From assembly GCA_045837725.1 (NCBI GenBank), contig JBEWZL010000296.1, positions 1-64,000 of the forward strand: DNA of 64,000 bases. The letters run 5' to 3'. Positions 63,569 to 64,000 of this stretch are shown here, one piece after another. The translations under genes and the position numbers were made by a program. This stretch comes from Vermamoeba vermiformis (taxonomy: Eukaryota). Under the pieces are notes generated by a model that made no database searches, was not told the origin of the DNA, and was given only the letters and a program-made list of their open reading frames with translations. Numbering within the stretch: position 1 is the first letter of the stretch; the number at the start of each line of letters is the position of its first letter.

Positions 63569-64000
63569 ATGGCGGACGAGTACTTCCCTTTAGTGTTAGA
63601 TCTTGGTTCAAGTAGGTAATGTTGGGCTAGCATGTCAACTTAGTCGCCAAAAAAATAATAAAAGCTGCCCCACACCGAATTATTTTTCGTTGCAGTATTT
63701 TATTTCCGGTTTCGAGGCTGTTCAATTTTTTGAAAATTAAATCATAATTTAATAATTCAAAATTGCGGTTTTATATCGACCATTCGGCAAGATTACAACT
63801 AAAAAGACTATAAATAATAAACAGCAACTCTTAATAATAACTTTAATGCCAGGTATGGTTAAAGCAGGCTACGCTGGCGACGATGCTCCTCGTGCAGTGT
63901 TTCCGAATATCATTGGCGCACCGAGACATCCTGCAGTTCAAATCGGAATGGGCGCTAAGAATCGCTGTAAGGATCAGTTGAAAGATTCAATAGACACGGC
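63569..64000 (+). CDS. Actin-like protein C, truncated by the window end
   Basis: [40 protein letters not shown], with the same first two intron positions as A and B. Confidence 0.88.

Noticed and set aside
1-64000. Alternative genetic code, prokaryotic operons or mobile elements
   Set aside because: ORF fragmentation is explained by spliceosomal introns, stops are used normally, and no transposase, RT, integrase or terminal repeats were recognised.

Overview
This window is eukaryotic nuclear DNA, not prokaryotic. It is gene-dense and AT-rich, with many short GT-AG introns (CTAAC/CTGAC-like branch points) and the standard code. The gene content suggests a free-living amoeboid protist, but taxonomy cannot be established from this window. 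I reconstructed about 30 spliced genes by eye plus one tRNA-Ala(UGC); exon boundaries are approximate. Best candidate for an undescribed system: a tight co-oriented cluster at 34.6-42.5 kb. It holds (i) a carboxylic-acid-reductase-type A-T-R enzyme fused to an N-terminal ZZ zinc finger, (ii) a class IV (SIRT6/7-like) sirtuin ending in a CaaX box, and (iii) an insect-AANAT-like GNAT with a degenerate CoA-binding loop. Downstream lie two tandem eEF1A paralogs lacking the catalytic His and four actin-like genes; the three that span those positions lack Q137/H161. Other observations: a spliced, structured 3' UTR on a glycine-rich RRM gene, a 43-aa micro-ORF missed by the ORF track, an EFCAB9-like protein, a recurrent 12-bp palindrome TGACACGTGTCA, GC-AG introns, gene-conversion-like tracts, and several single-base frameshifts that are probably assembly errors. 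All family calls come from motif recognition, not from database searches.
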